Shown one piece after another: positions 37,191 to 46,715 of a stretch of DNA of 64,000 nucleotides (position 1 is the stretch's first letter; every line of letters starts with the position of its first letter). A program made the translations under genes and the position numbers. Origin of the DNA: a candidate division WOR-3 bacterium (lineage in GTDB: Bacteria > Hydrothermota > Tepidihabitantia > SM23-42); assembly GCA_016936155.1 (NCBI GenBank), contig JAFGPO010000081.1, positions 5,172 to 69,171 of the forward strand, in the 5' to 3' direction. The notes beneath the pieces are model-generated. The model saw nothing but the letters and a program-made list of their open reading frames with translations, searched no databases and had not been told where the DNA came from.

Positions 37191-37720
37191 TTTTTCCTCC
37201 CTGTTGCACGCATCAGAGCAACAACACCGATGACCGAAGTAAAGAGAACGGTTGCTTCCCCCAGGGTATCCAGTGCCCGGAAATCGAGAATAACATCAGC
37301 AACAAGATTAGCACCGCCGGTTTGTGAAAGTCCCAGCCGTATATACTCGGATGCCACCTTCATGAGCGGTGCCCCGAACATCGGGATTTGACCCAACGTT
37401 CGGATCATTGCGATGAGAAAGAGCAGGGCGAACACCGAGAACGTGACAATGGCGAAAACTTGAGTACCTGCGAGTTTCTTTCCGATCGTATCATCAACAT
37501 GGGTCGTTCGTAGAATGACCGCGACGAATATCACGACAGTAAGAATCTCGACCACGATCTGCACGATCGCAAGATCAGGGGCTTGAAGGAAAATAAACAT
37601 TATCGCCACTGAAAATCCGACCGCACCGAGGGAAATAACCGCAGCAAGAAGATCCTTGATCTCGGTCGCGATGATCGCAGCTACGATCATGAACCCAAGG
37701 AACAGATAAAGTTCTATCAT
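37187..37720 (-). CDS. MbhD/MbhE-like fused membrane subunit (MrpA C-terminal / MnhB N-terminal type)
   Basis: 177-aa hydrophobic protein. The C-terminal block GGANLVADVILDFRALDTLGE is typical of this Mrp/Mbh segment. Confidence 0.7.
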   Translation of the reverse strand: MIELYLFLGFMIVAAIIATEIKDLLAAVISLGAVGFSVAIMFIFLQAPDLAIVQIVVEILTVVIFVAVILRTTHVDDTIGKKLAGTQVFAIVTFSVFALLFLIAMIRTLGQIPMFGAPLMKVASEYIRLGLSQTGGANLVADVILDFRALDTLGEATVLFTSVIGVVALMRATGRKK

Positions 37721-37732
37721 ATACTCCTCTCC

Positions 37733-39649
37733 TTAAAATACCAATATGATGATCAAGATGATACCGCCGACAAAGATCCACCCTACATAGTTATAGAGTT
37801 CACCCGTGTGGAGAGCGGACATGATCCCGCCTAGTGATTGTACCAGTTTCCCGATATACCGATAGAGGGCGACAATAATCTGATTGATCACATCCTTGAA
37901 TACTGACGCAATACCCTGGGCAGTCGCGCGAATATAATTATAAATATCAAAAGCACCACCTTCGCCGAACGCAACTGTTTTTTCAATAAGATCCAGAGAG
38001 CGCACTGAGGAATAGAAATCAGATCCGGTAATGCGTGCTGCTTCCTCATCCAGAATCTCCCCGCCTATGAAGATCGTGCCTTTTTTGGGCTTGAACGCTG
38101 TCCCCAACAAGAAAAGCAGGAGGCCGACCAAAAGACCTACGATAATAAGCAACGTGGCAAGACCTGGTGACCAAAAACCAATCTCCTGGATAGAAAATGG
38201 TAACGCAGGAAGCACCAGATGTTTAAGAGGAACTCCCATTGCGAATATCCCGAATACGATACACGCAACGGCAAGCACGAACGGTGGTGCGACCAACTCA
38301 AAACGGGCTTCACGGACTTTATTAAAGGTTTTTGGTCGCTCGCCAAGGAACATGGAATGCACCAATTTCAGATTGTACGCAAGTGTCAGAATACTGCCAA
38401 ACATCGCACAGATGAGGAAAATGAACCATAACGGCAGCTCGGACTGGAGATTAATGATTCCCTGGTATATCATCCACTTGGAATAAAATCCATTGAGTGG
38501 TGGTACACCTGAGATCGCGAGCGCGGCGATCGCGAATGCGAAAAAAGTAACCGGCATTTTCACGGCAAGCCCGCCCATATCATCAAGATTCGTTGTTTTG
38601 ATCCGGTTCTCAACTGCGCCGGTACCGAGGAAGAGTGTACTCTTATAGAGAACATTGTTAAGCATATGGAAAAAAGCTCCGGCAATCGCAACCGGCACCC
38701 CGGTCCCAAGACCGAGAATCATATATCCTGCTTGCGATACGGTCGAAAAAGCAAGAAGCCGTTGTGCATCTTTTTGCATGAGGGCCGCGAATGCCATGAC
38801 CACAATGGTAATAACGCCCACGATCATAAACAATAGTCGCAAGGACATGGATTGTGTGATATCAAAAATATAGAGCGCTACGCGTAGCAGCAGGTAAAAT
38901 CCGAGCAGTTTATCAAGACTCCCCGGGATAAAGGCAAGCGTGGAAGCCGGGACGGTCTTAGCGCTCTCCGGGATCCACGTGTGGAGGGGCATTGTTCCTA
39001 GTTTCGCTAATGCCCCGATCACGATCAGGACAAAAGAGGTGATAAGCCATGGATTATTCAGAGCAATACGGGGCTGTATGGGAAAATTGGCATTCCCCAT
39101 ATTTATCAGGAGTATCACGATACCCAACATGAGTACGTAATCCGCAATACCGATGATCGTGATCGCTTTCCGTGCCGCAAGAGAACTATCAGTCTTACCT
39201 ACGAGGAGCAATCCGTAAAGGGAAAAGACGAGCACGTTCCAGAAAATGAGCATGAACACAAGATTACCAGCCAGCACAGTGCCGTTCGCTGCGGACAGTG
39301 ATAGAGCGAGATATAGATAGTAAACCCGCTCGCGGGGCACCGTGGTCATCGCGCGCAGGGAGTAAAACCAGATCAGCAACGCGAGTACCGCATTAAAGAG
39401 CAATATCACGCCTGTCAGATTATCCAGGTAGAAACGGAATTCAATCCCGGAAATCGTCGCGAAGCTATGGATATCGGTCCCGGTCCGTGTAAAAATGAAG
39501 ATCTGGATCGCAAAGTAGAGAGAGGCGATGAAACCGACAAAATTCAGGAGTGTGCGCATCCGGTTGATAAGAAATCCAAGGAATCCCGCCGCGACTGGAA
39601 CGAATATGATCCAATAGTACAGTGAAATATCAAACAGTTTCATGATCAA
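37733..39649 (-). CDS. NuoL/MrpA-like antiporter subunit (MbhH-like)
   Basis: 638-aa polytopic protein. PLHTWIPESAKTVPASTLAF and FSTVSQAGYMILGLG motifs. ATGA overlap at 39646-39649. Confidence 0.9.
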   Translation of the reverse strand: MIMKLFDISLYYWIIFVPVAAGFLGFLINRMRTLLNFVGFIASLYFAIQIFIFTRTGTDIHSFATISGIEFRFYLDNLTGVILLFNAVLALLIWFYSLRAMTTVPRERVYYLYLALSLSAANGTVLAGNLVFMLIFWNVLVFSLYGLLLVGKTDSSLAARKAITIIGIADYVLMLGIVILLINMGNANFPIQPRIALNNPWLITSFVLIVIGALAKLGTMPLHTWIPESAKTVPASTLAFIPGSLDKLLGFYLLLRVALYIFDITQSMSLRLLFMIVGVITIVVMAFAALMQKDAQRLLAFSTVSQAGYMILGLGTGVPVAIAGAFFHMLNNVLYKSTLFLGTGAVENRIKTTNLDDMGGLAVKMPVTFFAFAIAALAISGVPPLNGFYSKWMIYQGIINLQSELPLWFIFLICAMFGSILTLAYNLKLVHSMFLGERPKTFNKVREARFELVAPPFVLAVACIVFGIFAMGVPLKHLVLPALPFSIQEIGFWSPGLATLLIIVGLLVGLLLFLLGTAFKPKKGTIFIGGEILDEEAARITGSDFYSSVRSLDLIEKTVAFGEGGAFDIYNYIRATAQGIASVFKDVINQIIVALYRYIGKLVQSLGGIMSALHTGELYNYVGWIFVGGIILIIILVF

Positions 39650-40860
39650 TACCCTCCATTACCCGTGAGATATGTGACCGGCTGATAGAAGAAAATACCG
39701 AGAAGCAATGAAGCAACAGCGAGAATGAAGACCACTGCCATACTCACATAGGATGGTTTCTGGGTTTTGGGCAATTTGGCCTGCGGTTTTGCAAAGAACA
39801 ACTCATGATAGAACCGGGCATTGTACAACAGCGTAAAAATAGCGGCAACAATAGCACCAACACCAAGGTACCCGTTTCTATTCACGGCTCCCAGGATCAC
39901 CCACAATTTGGAAAAGAATCCGATCATCGGGAAAAAACCAACGATCGAGCCAAAAAGTAATGCCATCATTACACCAAGTACAGGTGATGCTCTTTGCATA
40001 CAACACAAGGAACTCAGGTCGTCCTTCCCGGTCATATCCTCGACAATACCAACGCCGTAGAATAATCCTGCTTTAGCGAGTGCGTGAGCCATAATGTAGA
40101 GCATTCCTCCCACAATACCGTATGTCCCCCCGACTGCAAATCCTAAAAGAATGAATCCGACCTGACTGATAGTTGAGTATGCAAGGAGACTTCGCAGATT
40201 ATTGGAGAGAAGCGCGGCACCCCCGAGCAGAATACTCGATGCGATTGCGATCCACGCCACCGTAGTGAACACATATGGAGCGACGAAACTCCCGGTCGCG
40301 AACAAACGCAGAAAGAGTATTACACCCAGATTCTCTGCGATCCCGGCAAGACACCCTCCGATCGCCGATGGGATTGCGTTGTAGGCTGGAACGAGCCACA
40401 CGTGCAGAGGCAAGGTCACGCTCTTTGCAAGTATACCGACCATAATGAAAACTACCGCAAGATCGTTATAGACCGTAATCTCGAACATATTGAACGTGCC
40501 ATTATCGAGGAACAGGATAACGATCCCGACCAACATGATCGCCGCAGCCACGAAATTAAGGATCAGCGTAAAATTCGCCGCATTGAGGTGTTGCTCTTCC
40601 CGATAGTATGCGACCGCTCGCCAGATCGCGAAGGTTGATATCTCCCAGAGAATGAATATCATGAGCAGATTGTATGAAAGGGCGACGCCTATGCCGGAAC
40701 CAACGATTAACAATAACATCAGGTAGTACTCAAGTCGATGTCCTTTCTTGCGGATCGTCGCCAGCGCATAGATGAAGGACATGAGACCGATAAAGAGGAA
40801 AAGAACCGTCAGGAAGATGCCGAAACGATCGAAGTAAAAGTCGAATCCCAGGTAGTTCAT
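39646..40860 (-). CDS. NuoN/MrpD-like antiporter subunit (short form)
   Basis: About 404-aa polytopic protein. PLHVWLVPAYNAIPSAIG and YSTISQVGFILLG motifs. The ATG at 40860 forms an ATGA overlap with the large-subunit stop. Confidence 0.85.
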   Translation of the reverse strand: MNYLGFDFYFDRFGIFLTVLFLFIGLMSFIYALATIRKKGHRLEYYLMLLLIVGSGIGVALSYNLLMIFILWEISTFAIWRAVAYYREEQHLNAANFTLILNFVAAAIMLVGIVILFLDNGTFNMFEITVYNDLAVVFIMVGILAKSVTLPLHVWLVPAYNAIPSAIGGCLAGIAENLGVILFLRLFATGSFVAPYVFTTVAWIAIASSILLGGAALLSNNLRSLLAYSTISQVGFILLGFAVGGTYGIVGGMLYIMAHALAKAGLFYGVGIVEDMTGKDDLSSLCCMQRASPVLGVMMALLFGSIVGFFPMIGFFSKLWVILGAVNRNGYLGVGAIVAAIFTLLYNARFYHELFFAKPQAKLPKTQKPSYVSMAVVFILAVASLLLGIFFYQPVTYLTGNGGY

Positions 40861-42032
40861 TTTCCATACCTCCTCTTGATCATCTCTGTCTTTTCCCAAG
40901 AGAGCCGTAATAACTCCTCGCCTGAATATTTCTGTTTATCCTTTTCGAACACCATGGTCCGTTCCGTACAGCAATAGCAGGGGTCGACCGCAGCAAGCAC
41001 CAGCGCGGCATCCGCGATCGAATATCCTTTGACCGCGACCACGTTGGAAGCGATATTCATGAAACTTGGTGCCCGTACTTTATGCCGGACCGGCATATTG
41101 GAACCATCCGATCTAACGTAGTGGAATACTTCACCGCGTGGGGCTTCATGCCTTCCGATCCCTTCACCAGGAGGTATGTCATCCACGCGCGTTTCAATAG
41201 GGCCATCCGGCATGTCTTTGAGGCACTGGCGCACGATCTTGACCGATTCAAAACACTCAAGCAACCTCACTTTCGCCTTAGCCAGGACATCGCCCTCAGG
41301 AAAGACTATTTCATCCCAATCGACTTTGTCGTACGCATCATAAGGATCGTCCTTCCGGACATCGATCGCGAATCCGGAGCCACGTGCGGTTGGACCGGTA
41401 ACCGCATAGTCGATCGCATCCTGTAAGGGGAGAATTCCAACGCCCTCAAGGCGGGCCCGGATCACAGGATCATCGAGCACGGCATTGGTGAACATCGCAT
41501 TCTTTTCTTCGAGTAGATCAAGGTACTTCTCGATCTTTGGAAAATCTTCCGGTTTGATATCACGGCGTGCACCACCTACTTTATTGATCGCATAGTGGTT
41601 CCGGTTCCCCATGATCAGTTCAAAAAGATCAAGGAGTGGTTCGCGGTACCGCCATACCCACATCCAGACCGTATTATACCCGATGAAATGACCGGCAAGA
41701 CCTACCCACAGGTAGTGGGAGTGAATACGCTCTAATTCACCGATGATCGTTCTGATGTACTGAGCGCGTGGCGGTACCTCGATATGTGCGCAGTCCTCTA
41801 CTGCCAGAACATACGCATACGGGTGAGAATCCGAACAGATCCCGCAGATCCGCTCAACAAGGAAAGGTACCTGATCCCATGTAAGGGTGGGTGAAATAAA
41901 TTCATGCCCCCGGTGGTTGTATCCAATGTTGATCTCCAGGTCAACTACCTTCTCCCCCTCAACAATGAGTTTGAAGAATTCGGGTTCTTCCTGTAAAGGA
42001 TGGTAAGGACCGATTGGTACGATTCTTCTCAA
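40857..42032 (-). CDS. Group-4 [NiFe] hydrogenase large subunit (NuoD/MbhL/HycE-like)
   Basis: 391 aa. N-terminal Ni-Fe ligand motif RICGICSDSH. C-terminal DPCYCCTER followed by a 33-residue tail. TTG start with GGAGG 4-5 nt upstream. Confidence 0.9.
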   Translation of the reverse strand: MRRIVPIGPYHPLQEEPEFFKLIVEGEKVVDLEINIGYNHRGHEFISPTLTWDQVPFLVERICGICSDSHPYAYVLAVEDCAHIEVPPRAQYIRTIIGELERIHSHYLWVGLAGHFIGYNTVWMWVWRYREPLLDLFELIMGNRNHYAINKVGGARRDIKPEDFPKIEKYLDLLEEKNAMFTNAVLDDPVIRARLEGVGILPLQDAIDYAVTGPTARGSGFAIDVRKDDPYDAYDKVDWDEIVFPEGDVLAKAKVRLLECFESVKIVRQCLKDMPDGPIETRVDDIPPGEGIGRHEAPRGEVFHYVRSDGSNMPVRHKVRAPSFMNIASNVVAVKGYSIADAALVLAAVDPCYCCTERTMVFEKDKQKYSGEELLRLSWEKTEMIKRRYGK

Positions 42033-42040
42033 GGTTCCTC

Positions 42041-42517
42041 CTACGCTTTCTTCTTGGTCTTCAGTTTTTTATGCTCATCCGCATAATCGCGACACAGTGG
42101 GTGAAGATCTGATGGCCAGGATTCCGCGGTCAACAGTGGTTTGAGGTTTGGATGCCCGCTGAAATCCACCCCGAGCAGCTCATGCATCTCGCGCTCTATC
42201 CAGTTGGCAGCGGGCAGGAACGAGGTCAAGCTTTTTATCGTGAGATCGTCCTTGGGCACGACGGTCTTTATGTTATAGTACGTACCTGCTTCATCGAGCG
42301 TAAAATGATAAATGATCTCGATACCCTCGCGTGTATCGATGCCGGTTGCAATCGACAACCGACACCCTTTTCCCTTGAACAGGAATTTTGCGAGACTATG
42401 TACCTGATCTCGCGGCACTTTGATGTAGGTCCGGCGCGGAGCATGGATCTTTACGATCGCATCCGGGAATTTCTTCCCGACTTCCTCTAAAATAGCTTTG
42501 GAATACTCTTTCTTCAT
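42041..42517 (-). CDS. NuoC/MbhK-like subunit
   Basis: 158 aa. Motifs ANWIEREMHELLGVDFSGHP are typical of the 30-kDa subunit family. Confidence 0.85.
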   Translation of the reverse strand: MKKEYSKAILEEVGKKFPDAIVKIHAPRRTYIKVPRDQVHSLAKFLFKGKGCRLSIATGIDTREGIEIIYHFTLDEAGTYYNIKTVVPKDDLTIKSLTSFLPAANWIEREMHELLGVDFSGHPNLKPLLTAESWPSDLHPLCRDYADEHKKLKTKKKA

Positions 42518-42530
42518 TATTATAACCTCT

Positions 42531-42947
42531 TTATAACCTCTGTAGAGCCTTTACTACCCCCATGATGATCGCTTCGGGTTTTGGAGGGCATCCAGGGATG
42601 TAAACGTCAACCGGGATATACTTATCGTACGGACCGACAACATTGTAAGAAGATTCGAATATATGCGAGTGACATGTACAGGAGCCGACCCCGATCACAA
42701 GACACGGTTTTGGTGTTTGTTCATAAACCTCAAGAACCCGGGGCAGGCTTTTTCTGTTCAAAACGCCAGTGACAAGCAAAGCATCGGCATGCCGGGGTGA
42801 ACCGACGAGGACGATCCCGAAACGTTCAACATCCCAGCGCGGTGTTATTATATCGAGGATTTCAATATCACAGTTATTGCAGGAGGCAGCCGCTACATGG
42901 AACACCCACGGTGATTTCTTCAAACCCCATAGTTTCGCATTTGCCAT
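42531..42947 (-). CDS. NuoB/MbhJ-like hydrogenase small subunit
   Basis: 138 aa. Cluster ligands CNNCDIE, GVGSCTC and PGCPPKPE. Confidence 0.9.
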   Translation of the reverse strand: MANAKLWGLKKSPWVFHVAAASCNNCDIEILDIITPRWDVERFGIVLVGSPRHADALLVTGVLNRKSLPRVLEVYEQTPKPCLVIGVGSCTCHSHIFESSYNVVGPYDKYIPVDVYIPGCPPKPEAIIMGVVKALQRL

Positions 42948-42959
42948 CGGTTCTCTCCT

Positions 42960-43880
42960 TTACTTGCCGTAAAAGGCAAAGACCAGTCCAACGATCGATA
43001 TAAACCCTATGCCTAACCAGAAAAACTTCAATGCCTGGTCAATGCGCAAACGCGGATTCGTATTCTTTATGAGAACGATAAGTACGATGATCAACAGAAC
43101 TTTAAGTATCGCCCACCAATCTGCGATACCTCCCCATAGCAAAGAAACCAGGAACAGGGGCATTAAAAAAAACATCATTGCCCGTGTGACCTTATACAGC
43201 GCTAACGCAACACCTGAATATTCGATATATGGTCCGGACATTATTTCCTGTTCAGCTTCAGGGATATCGAAGGGTACGAAACTGAGTTTCGCCTGGGTCG
43301 CGAGGAGAACAACGACTGCGGCGATGACCCCGGATACCGAATACAGAAACGGTCCCTGCGTCTGCTGGATCAAAATAATCTCACCGAGCTTTATGCTTCC
43401 GCCACTCTTGATGATGACAATCGCTACTGCGATCAGAAAGGGCAATTCATAGGCGAAATACTGGGTCATTTCTCTGGATATCCCGACGCTGGCCAGAGGA
43501 TTCTTTGATGACGATCCCCCGAGGATAATACCCAGCGGCGGCAGGGCGAGCAAATAGACGACTACGATCAGATCACCAACGAACGTGGTGTGCGGTGCGA
43601 AATTCATCTTAAAGATCATCACCGCGAGAATGGTCATGGATATGACTCCCAGCAGGGGGCCAAATAAGAACAACAATTTTGAGCTACCTTCTGGTATTAT
43701 CGTCTCTTTGATGAGCAGTTTGAGAAAATCCGCATAGGGTTGAAACCATGGTGGACCGACACGCCAGTGTATACGTGCGGTGACCTTCCTGTCGACCCAG
43801 GTAATGAACATACCAATGACCGCGGTAAATAGAAAACCGGGGAATATGATGAAATTGAACAGCAGCTTTACGATGTTCAT
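42960..43880 (-). CDS. NuoH/MbhM/HycD-like membrane subunit
   Basis: 306-aa polytopic protein. DRKVTARIHWRVGP, REMTQYFAYELP and FDIPEAEQEI motifs of the NuoH family. ATGA overlap at 43877-43880. Confidence 0.9.
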   Translation of the reverse strand: MNIVKLLFNFIIFPGFLFTAVIGMFITWVDRKVTARIHWRVGPPWFQPYADFLKLLIKETIIPEGSSKLLFLFGPLLGVISMTILAVMIFKMNFAPHTTFVGDLIVVVYLLALPPLGIILGGSSSKNPLASVGISREMTQYFAYELPFLIAVAIVIIKSGGSIKLGEIILIQQTQGPFLYSVSGVIAAVVVLLATQAKLSFVPFDIPEAEQEIMSGPYIEYSGVALALYKVTRAMMFFLMPLFLVSLLWGGIADWWAILKVLLIIVLIVLIKNTNPRLRIDQALKFFWLGIGFISIVGLVFAFYGK

Positions 43881-44347
43881 GATGATCTCCTGTAGAATGA
43901 ATGCTTTGAAACGAAGCGCATACTGATCTCACGCTGTTTTATCTCATCTTCACCAAGGAACTGTAGGGCACCCGATGAACACGCGGCAACGCACCTTGGA
44001 CCTTCATCACGATCCTTGCACAAATTGCATTTTTGGGAAATGTGCCGGACCAGCGGTGCATCGATGACGCCAAATGGACAGGCGAATGCACAGCTCTGGC
44101 AACCGATACATATATATGCAGACCGTGTGACCAAACCCGTTTCTTCATCCCTTGTTATTGCGTCAACCGGGCATGCCGCTGCACACAGAGGATCCTTACA
44201 GTGCCGGCACGCAAGGGGTAAATAAGCGGTCTGTGCGATATTACCGTGCCGGATACGCGATTCTCCCTTGAATGCGGCTTTACACGCAGCCTCACACGAC
44301 CGACACCCACAACATAGATCAAGATCCAATACTATCCTTTTTGGCAT
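43877..44347 (-). CDS. HycB/HydN-like 4x[4Fe-4S] ferredoxin
   Basis: 156 aa. CCGCRSCEAAC, CRHCKDPLCAAACP, CIGCQSCAFACP, CNLCKDRDEGPRCVAAC. Confidence 0.85.
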   Translation of the reverse strand: MPKRIVLDLDLCCGCRSCEAACKAAFKGESRIRHGNIAQTAYLPLACRHCKDPLCAAACPVDAITRDEETGLVTRSAYICIGCQSCAFACPFGVIDAPLVRHISQKCNLCKDRDEGPRCVAACSSGALQFLGEDEIKQREISMRFVSKHSFYRRSS

Positions 44348-45903
44348 ATCTCCACCTCGGTCGGTACTAAACTGACGTAATGATCCACGATATCATAGTT
44401 GAAAAGTGCTCGCACATGAGGCTCTTCGACCGGTATCGCAACGATCCCTGGATCAACATCAGCAGTAACCGCCGCGTCTATATCGATCGCGCCCTGTTTC
44501 GATTTCACGGTTATGATATCATGTGCTTTGATCCCTAATTCCTGCGCATCATGAGGATTGATCTTAAGCGATCCATGATCAAACAGCCCGAGAAAATGAT
44601 ACGCGGTCTTTTCCCCGAACAGTGTAAGAGCTTTCTTCTTTTTAGTGGTTTTCTGATCGATCAGCCGTTGCGCTTGTGCAACGATATCGATCGCGGGATC
44701 AGGTTCCGCGAGCGCGGTCTGGGATGGATCGCTTTTTTTGATGCCTGCGAGGAATGAAACCACATCCTGCGAACCACTGGGTGGCGCAATGACGCCGGAA
44801 AGATCCCGGGGACCGAACAATGTATTGATCGTACCCTTTTTCTCCAGATTGAGTGCTCCTGGGATCATCGTATAACCATTCCACTTCAGGGGAGAAGTCG
44901 CAAAAATGGGTACTTTTTTCATATCGCGGACGATCTGAGGGTAATAAAAGGGAAACAGTTCTCCAAAATTTATGATCTGTTTAACCGTGCCTTTCTTCAC
45001 GTCTTCCATGATAGCCCCGAAACATCGATTACCCTCGAATCCTTGGAATTCCACAAAAGGAGCGACCTTCGCGCTATAAAAGGAGCTGAAACGTTTTAAT
45101 CCTTCAACAAATAGCAGCGGGTCGTAGGTCCGTGCCGAAGGTAAACATACCGCGATCAACCCCTGCTTCGCGTTCTTCATGAGACCGCTGATCTCTGCGA
45201 TACGATCCCGGGATATACCGGTATGTTCTGATACATCAATGCCCTTGATATCTTCATGTGCGAGGGCGAAGAACAAAAGGGATTCGGTTCCGGGCATAAC
45301 TTTTATAAAATCACTTGCAAAACTGCTTGTATGGGTATGTATTGAATCGATCACGATCAAACGGTGCTTTCTATGAGCGCGTTTCCACTCTATGAACGCT
45401 TTGCTGCACATCGGGGTGTGGCTGAAAATATCGCCGATAATGCAGACCGTATCAGCGCTGTTCACGTCACTGATCTGGAATGTCCCGGAAGCGCATCTCT
45501 TCAGAAGCGATTCGGATTCCAGGTACGCGGATGCAACACGATCGATCCCAACCGCGCGGCAGAATCCAATGATCGCTTGATATTCCTCGATCGTGATGTT
45601 GCGGTCGAACGTAATCGCCATCTGCTCTGGTTTTTCGATGATTCGCTTTAGATCTTTGAGCATCTTATTTGCATCATACGGAGCATTCTGCTTAAAAGGT
45701 ACTGATAAACGCTGCTTATGGTTCAAGTACATAGCCGCGGCACTACCCCTGGGGCAAAGCCGACCCCCACTGCTCCCTTCCTTCATATACTCGATACCAG
45801 CGATGCCAAAATCGTTGAACACAATGCCGAATTCGCACCCGTAGTTGCAGAATGGACACACCGTCCTTGTGACGGTCGTAAAAGTGTGGTCAATGGTCTT
45901 CAT
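44332..45903 (-). CDS. short molybdopterin-oxidoreductase (MopB)-family protein, formate-dehydrogenase-H-like but apparently without the Sec/Cys-His active site
   Basis: 523 aa. N-terminal FS0 motif CPFCNYGC...LCPRG. Rossmann-like IIGDIFSHTP...LIVIDSI...MPGTESL. C-terminal beta-barrel-like INPHDAQELGIKAHDIITVKSKQG. By-eye alignment to E. coli FdhH puts AYLESE where CARVUHGPS lies. Confidence 0.75.
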   Translation of the reverse strand: MKTIDHTFTTVTRTVCPFCNYGCEFGIVFNDFGIAGIEYMKEGSSGGRLCPRGSAAAMYLNHKQRLSVPFKQNAPYDANKMLKDLKRIIEKPEQMAITFDRNITIEEYQAIIGFCRAVGIDRVASAYLESESLLKRCASGTFQISDVNSADTVCIIGDIFSHTPMCSKAFIEWKRAHRKHRLIVIDSIHTHTSSFASDFIKVMPGTESLLFFALAHEDIKGIDVSEHTGISRDRIAEISGLMKNAKQGLIAVCLPSARTYDPLLFVEGLKRFSSFYSAKVAPFVEFQGFEGNRCFGAIMEDVKKGTVKQIINFGELFPFYYPQIVRDMKKVPIFATSPLKWNGYTMIPGALNLEKKGTINTLFGPRDLSGVIAPPSGSQDVVSFLAGIKKSDPSQTALAEPDPAIDIVAQAQRLIDQKTTKKKKALTLFGEKTAYHFLGLFDHGSLKINPHDAQELGIKAHDIITVKSKQGAIDIDAAVTADVDPGIVAIPVEEPHVRALFNYDIVDHYVSLVPTEVEICQKG

Positions 45904-46715
45904 ACGAAGGGCTCCTCGATATGCTTAACATCATCCCATGTGAGTACCGGTCCATCTTTACACACATAGAACTTCCCGACACGACAGTGATTGCACTTGC
46001 CAATACCGCAGGACATGTTGCTTTCCATGGACAAATAGATGTTTTTGTGCGTGAAACCAGCTTCCACAAGCCGTTGTGTTACGAATTTCATCATGATCGG
46101 AGGACCACAGACAACTGTTGGAGCATCTGCCACATCAACCGGGATCTCGTCGAGAATCACCGTAACAACACCGACGCGACCTTTCCATGTATCATCGCCA
46201 ACATCGACAGTGAAGAGCATATCCACGCCGTTGACCTTTTGCCATTCTGGAATCTGATATTTATACGCAATATCCTGTGGGGTCCGGGCTCCATAACGGA
46301 TGTATATTTTTTTATAATCCTTGATATCATGCAATAAGGCAAGAAAAAGTGAACGTAAGGGAGCAAACCCAACGCCGCCACCGACAATGAACACCTCTTT
46401 GCCCTTGAATTCCTTTAAAGGATATGGTTTACCGAACGGTCCCCGGACCCCGATCGTGTCGCCCTCTTTCAGTCGAAAGAGCTCGCTTGTTACACGACCT
46501 ACTTTCATGATCGTGAACTCAAGGATATCTGCATACGGGGAAGAGGAGGGCGTAAACGGCGCTTCACCAACACCGGGAACAGTTACTTCAGCGAATTGAC
46601 CGGCCAGGAAATCAAAGGGCTTGCCATCAAGGACGAATGTCGTGATCGTCGGTGTCTCCGGTATTATTTTTTTAATCTTTATGGGTATCGCATAGTAAGG
46701 ATTTACAGCTTCCAT
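45900..46715 (-). CDS. FAD/NAD(P)-binding oxidoreductase with C-terminal [2Fe-2S] motif (sulfhydrogenase-gamma/FlxA-like)
   Basis: AGQFAEVTV and FIVGGGVGFAP. C-terminal CGIGKCNHCRVG. ATG at 46715 preceded by GGGAG. ATGA overlap with the downstream gene at 45900-45903. Paralog of 3203..4042. Confidence 0.85.
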   Translation of the reverse strand: MEAVNPYYAIPIKIKKIIPETPTITTFVLDGKPFDFLAGQFAEVTVPGVGEAPFTPSSSPYADILEFTIMKVGRVTSELFRLKEGDTIGVRGPFGKPYPLKEFKGKEVFIVGGGVGFAPLRSLFLALLHDIKDYKKIYIRYGARTPQDIAYKYQIPEWQKVNGVDMLFTVDVGDDTWKGRVGVVTVILDEIPVDVADAPTVVCGPPIMMKFVTQRLVEAGFTHKNIYLSMESNMSCGIGKCNHCRVGKFYVCKDGPVLTWDDVKHIEEPFV

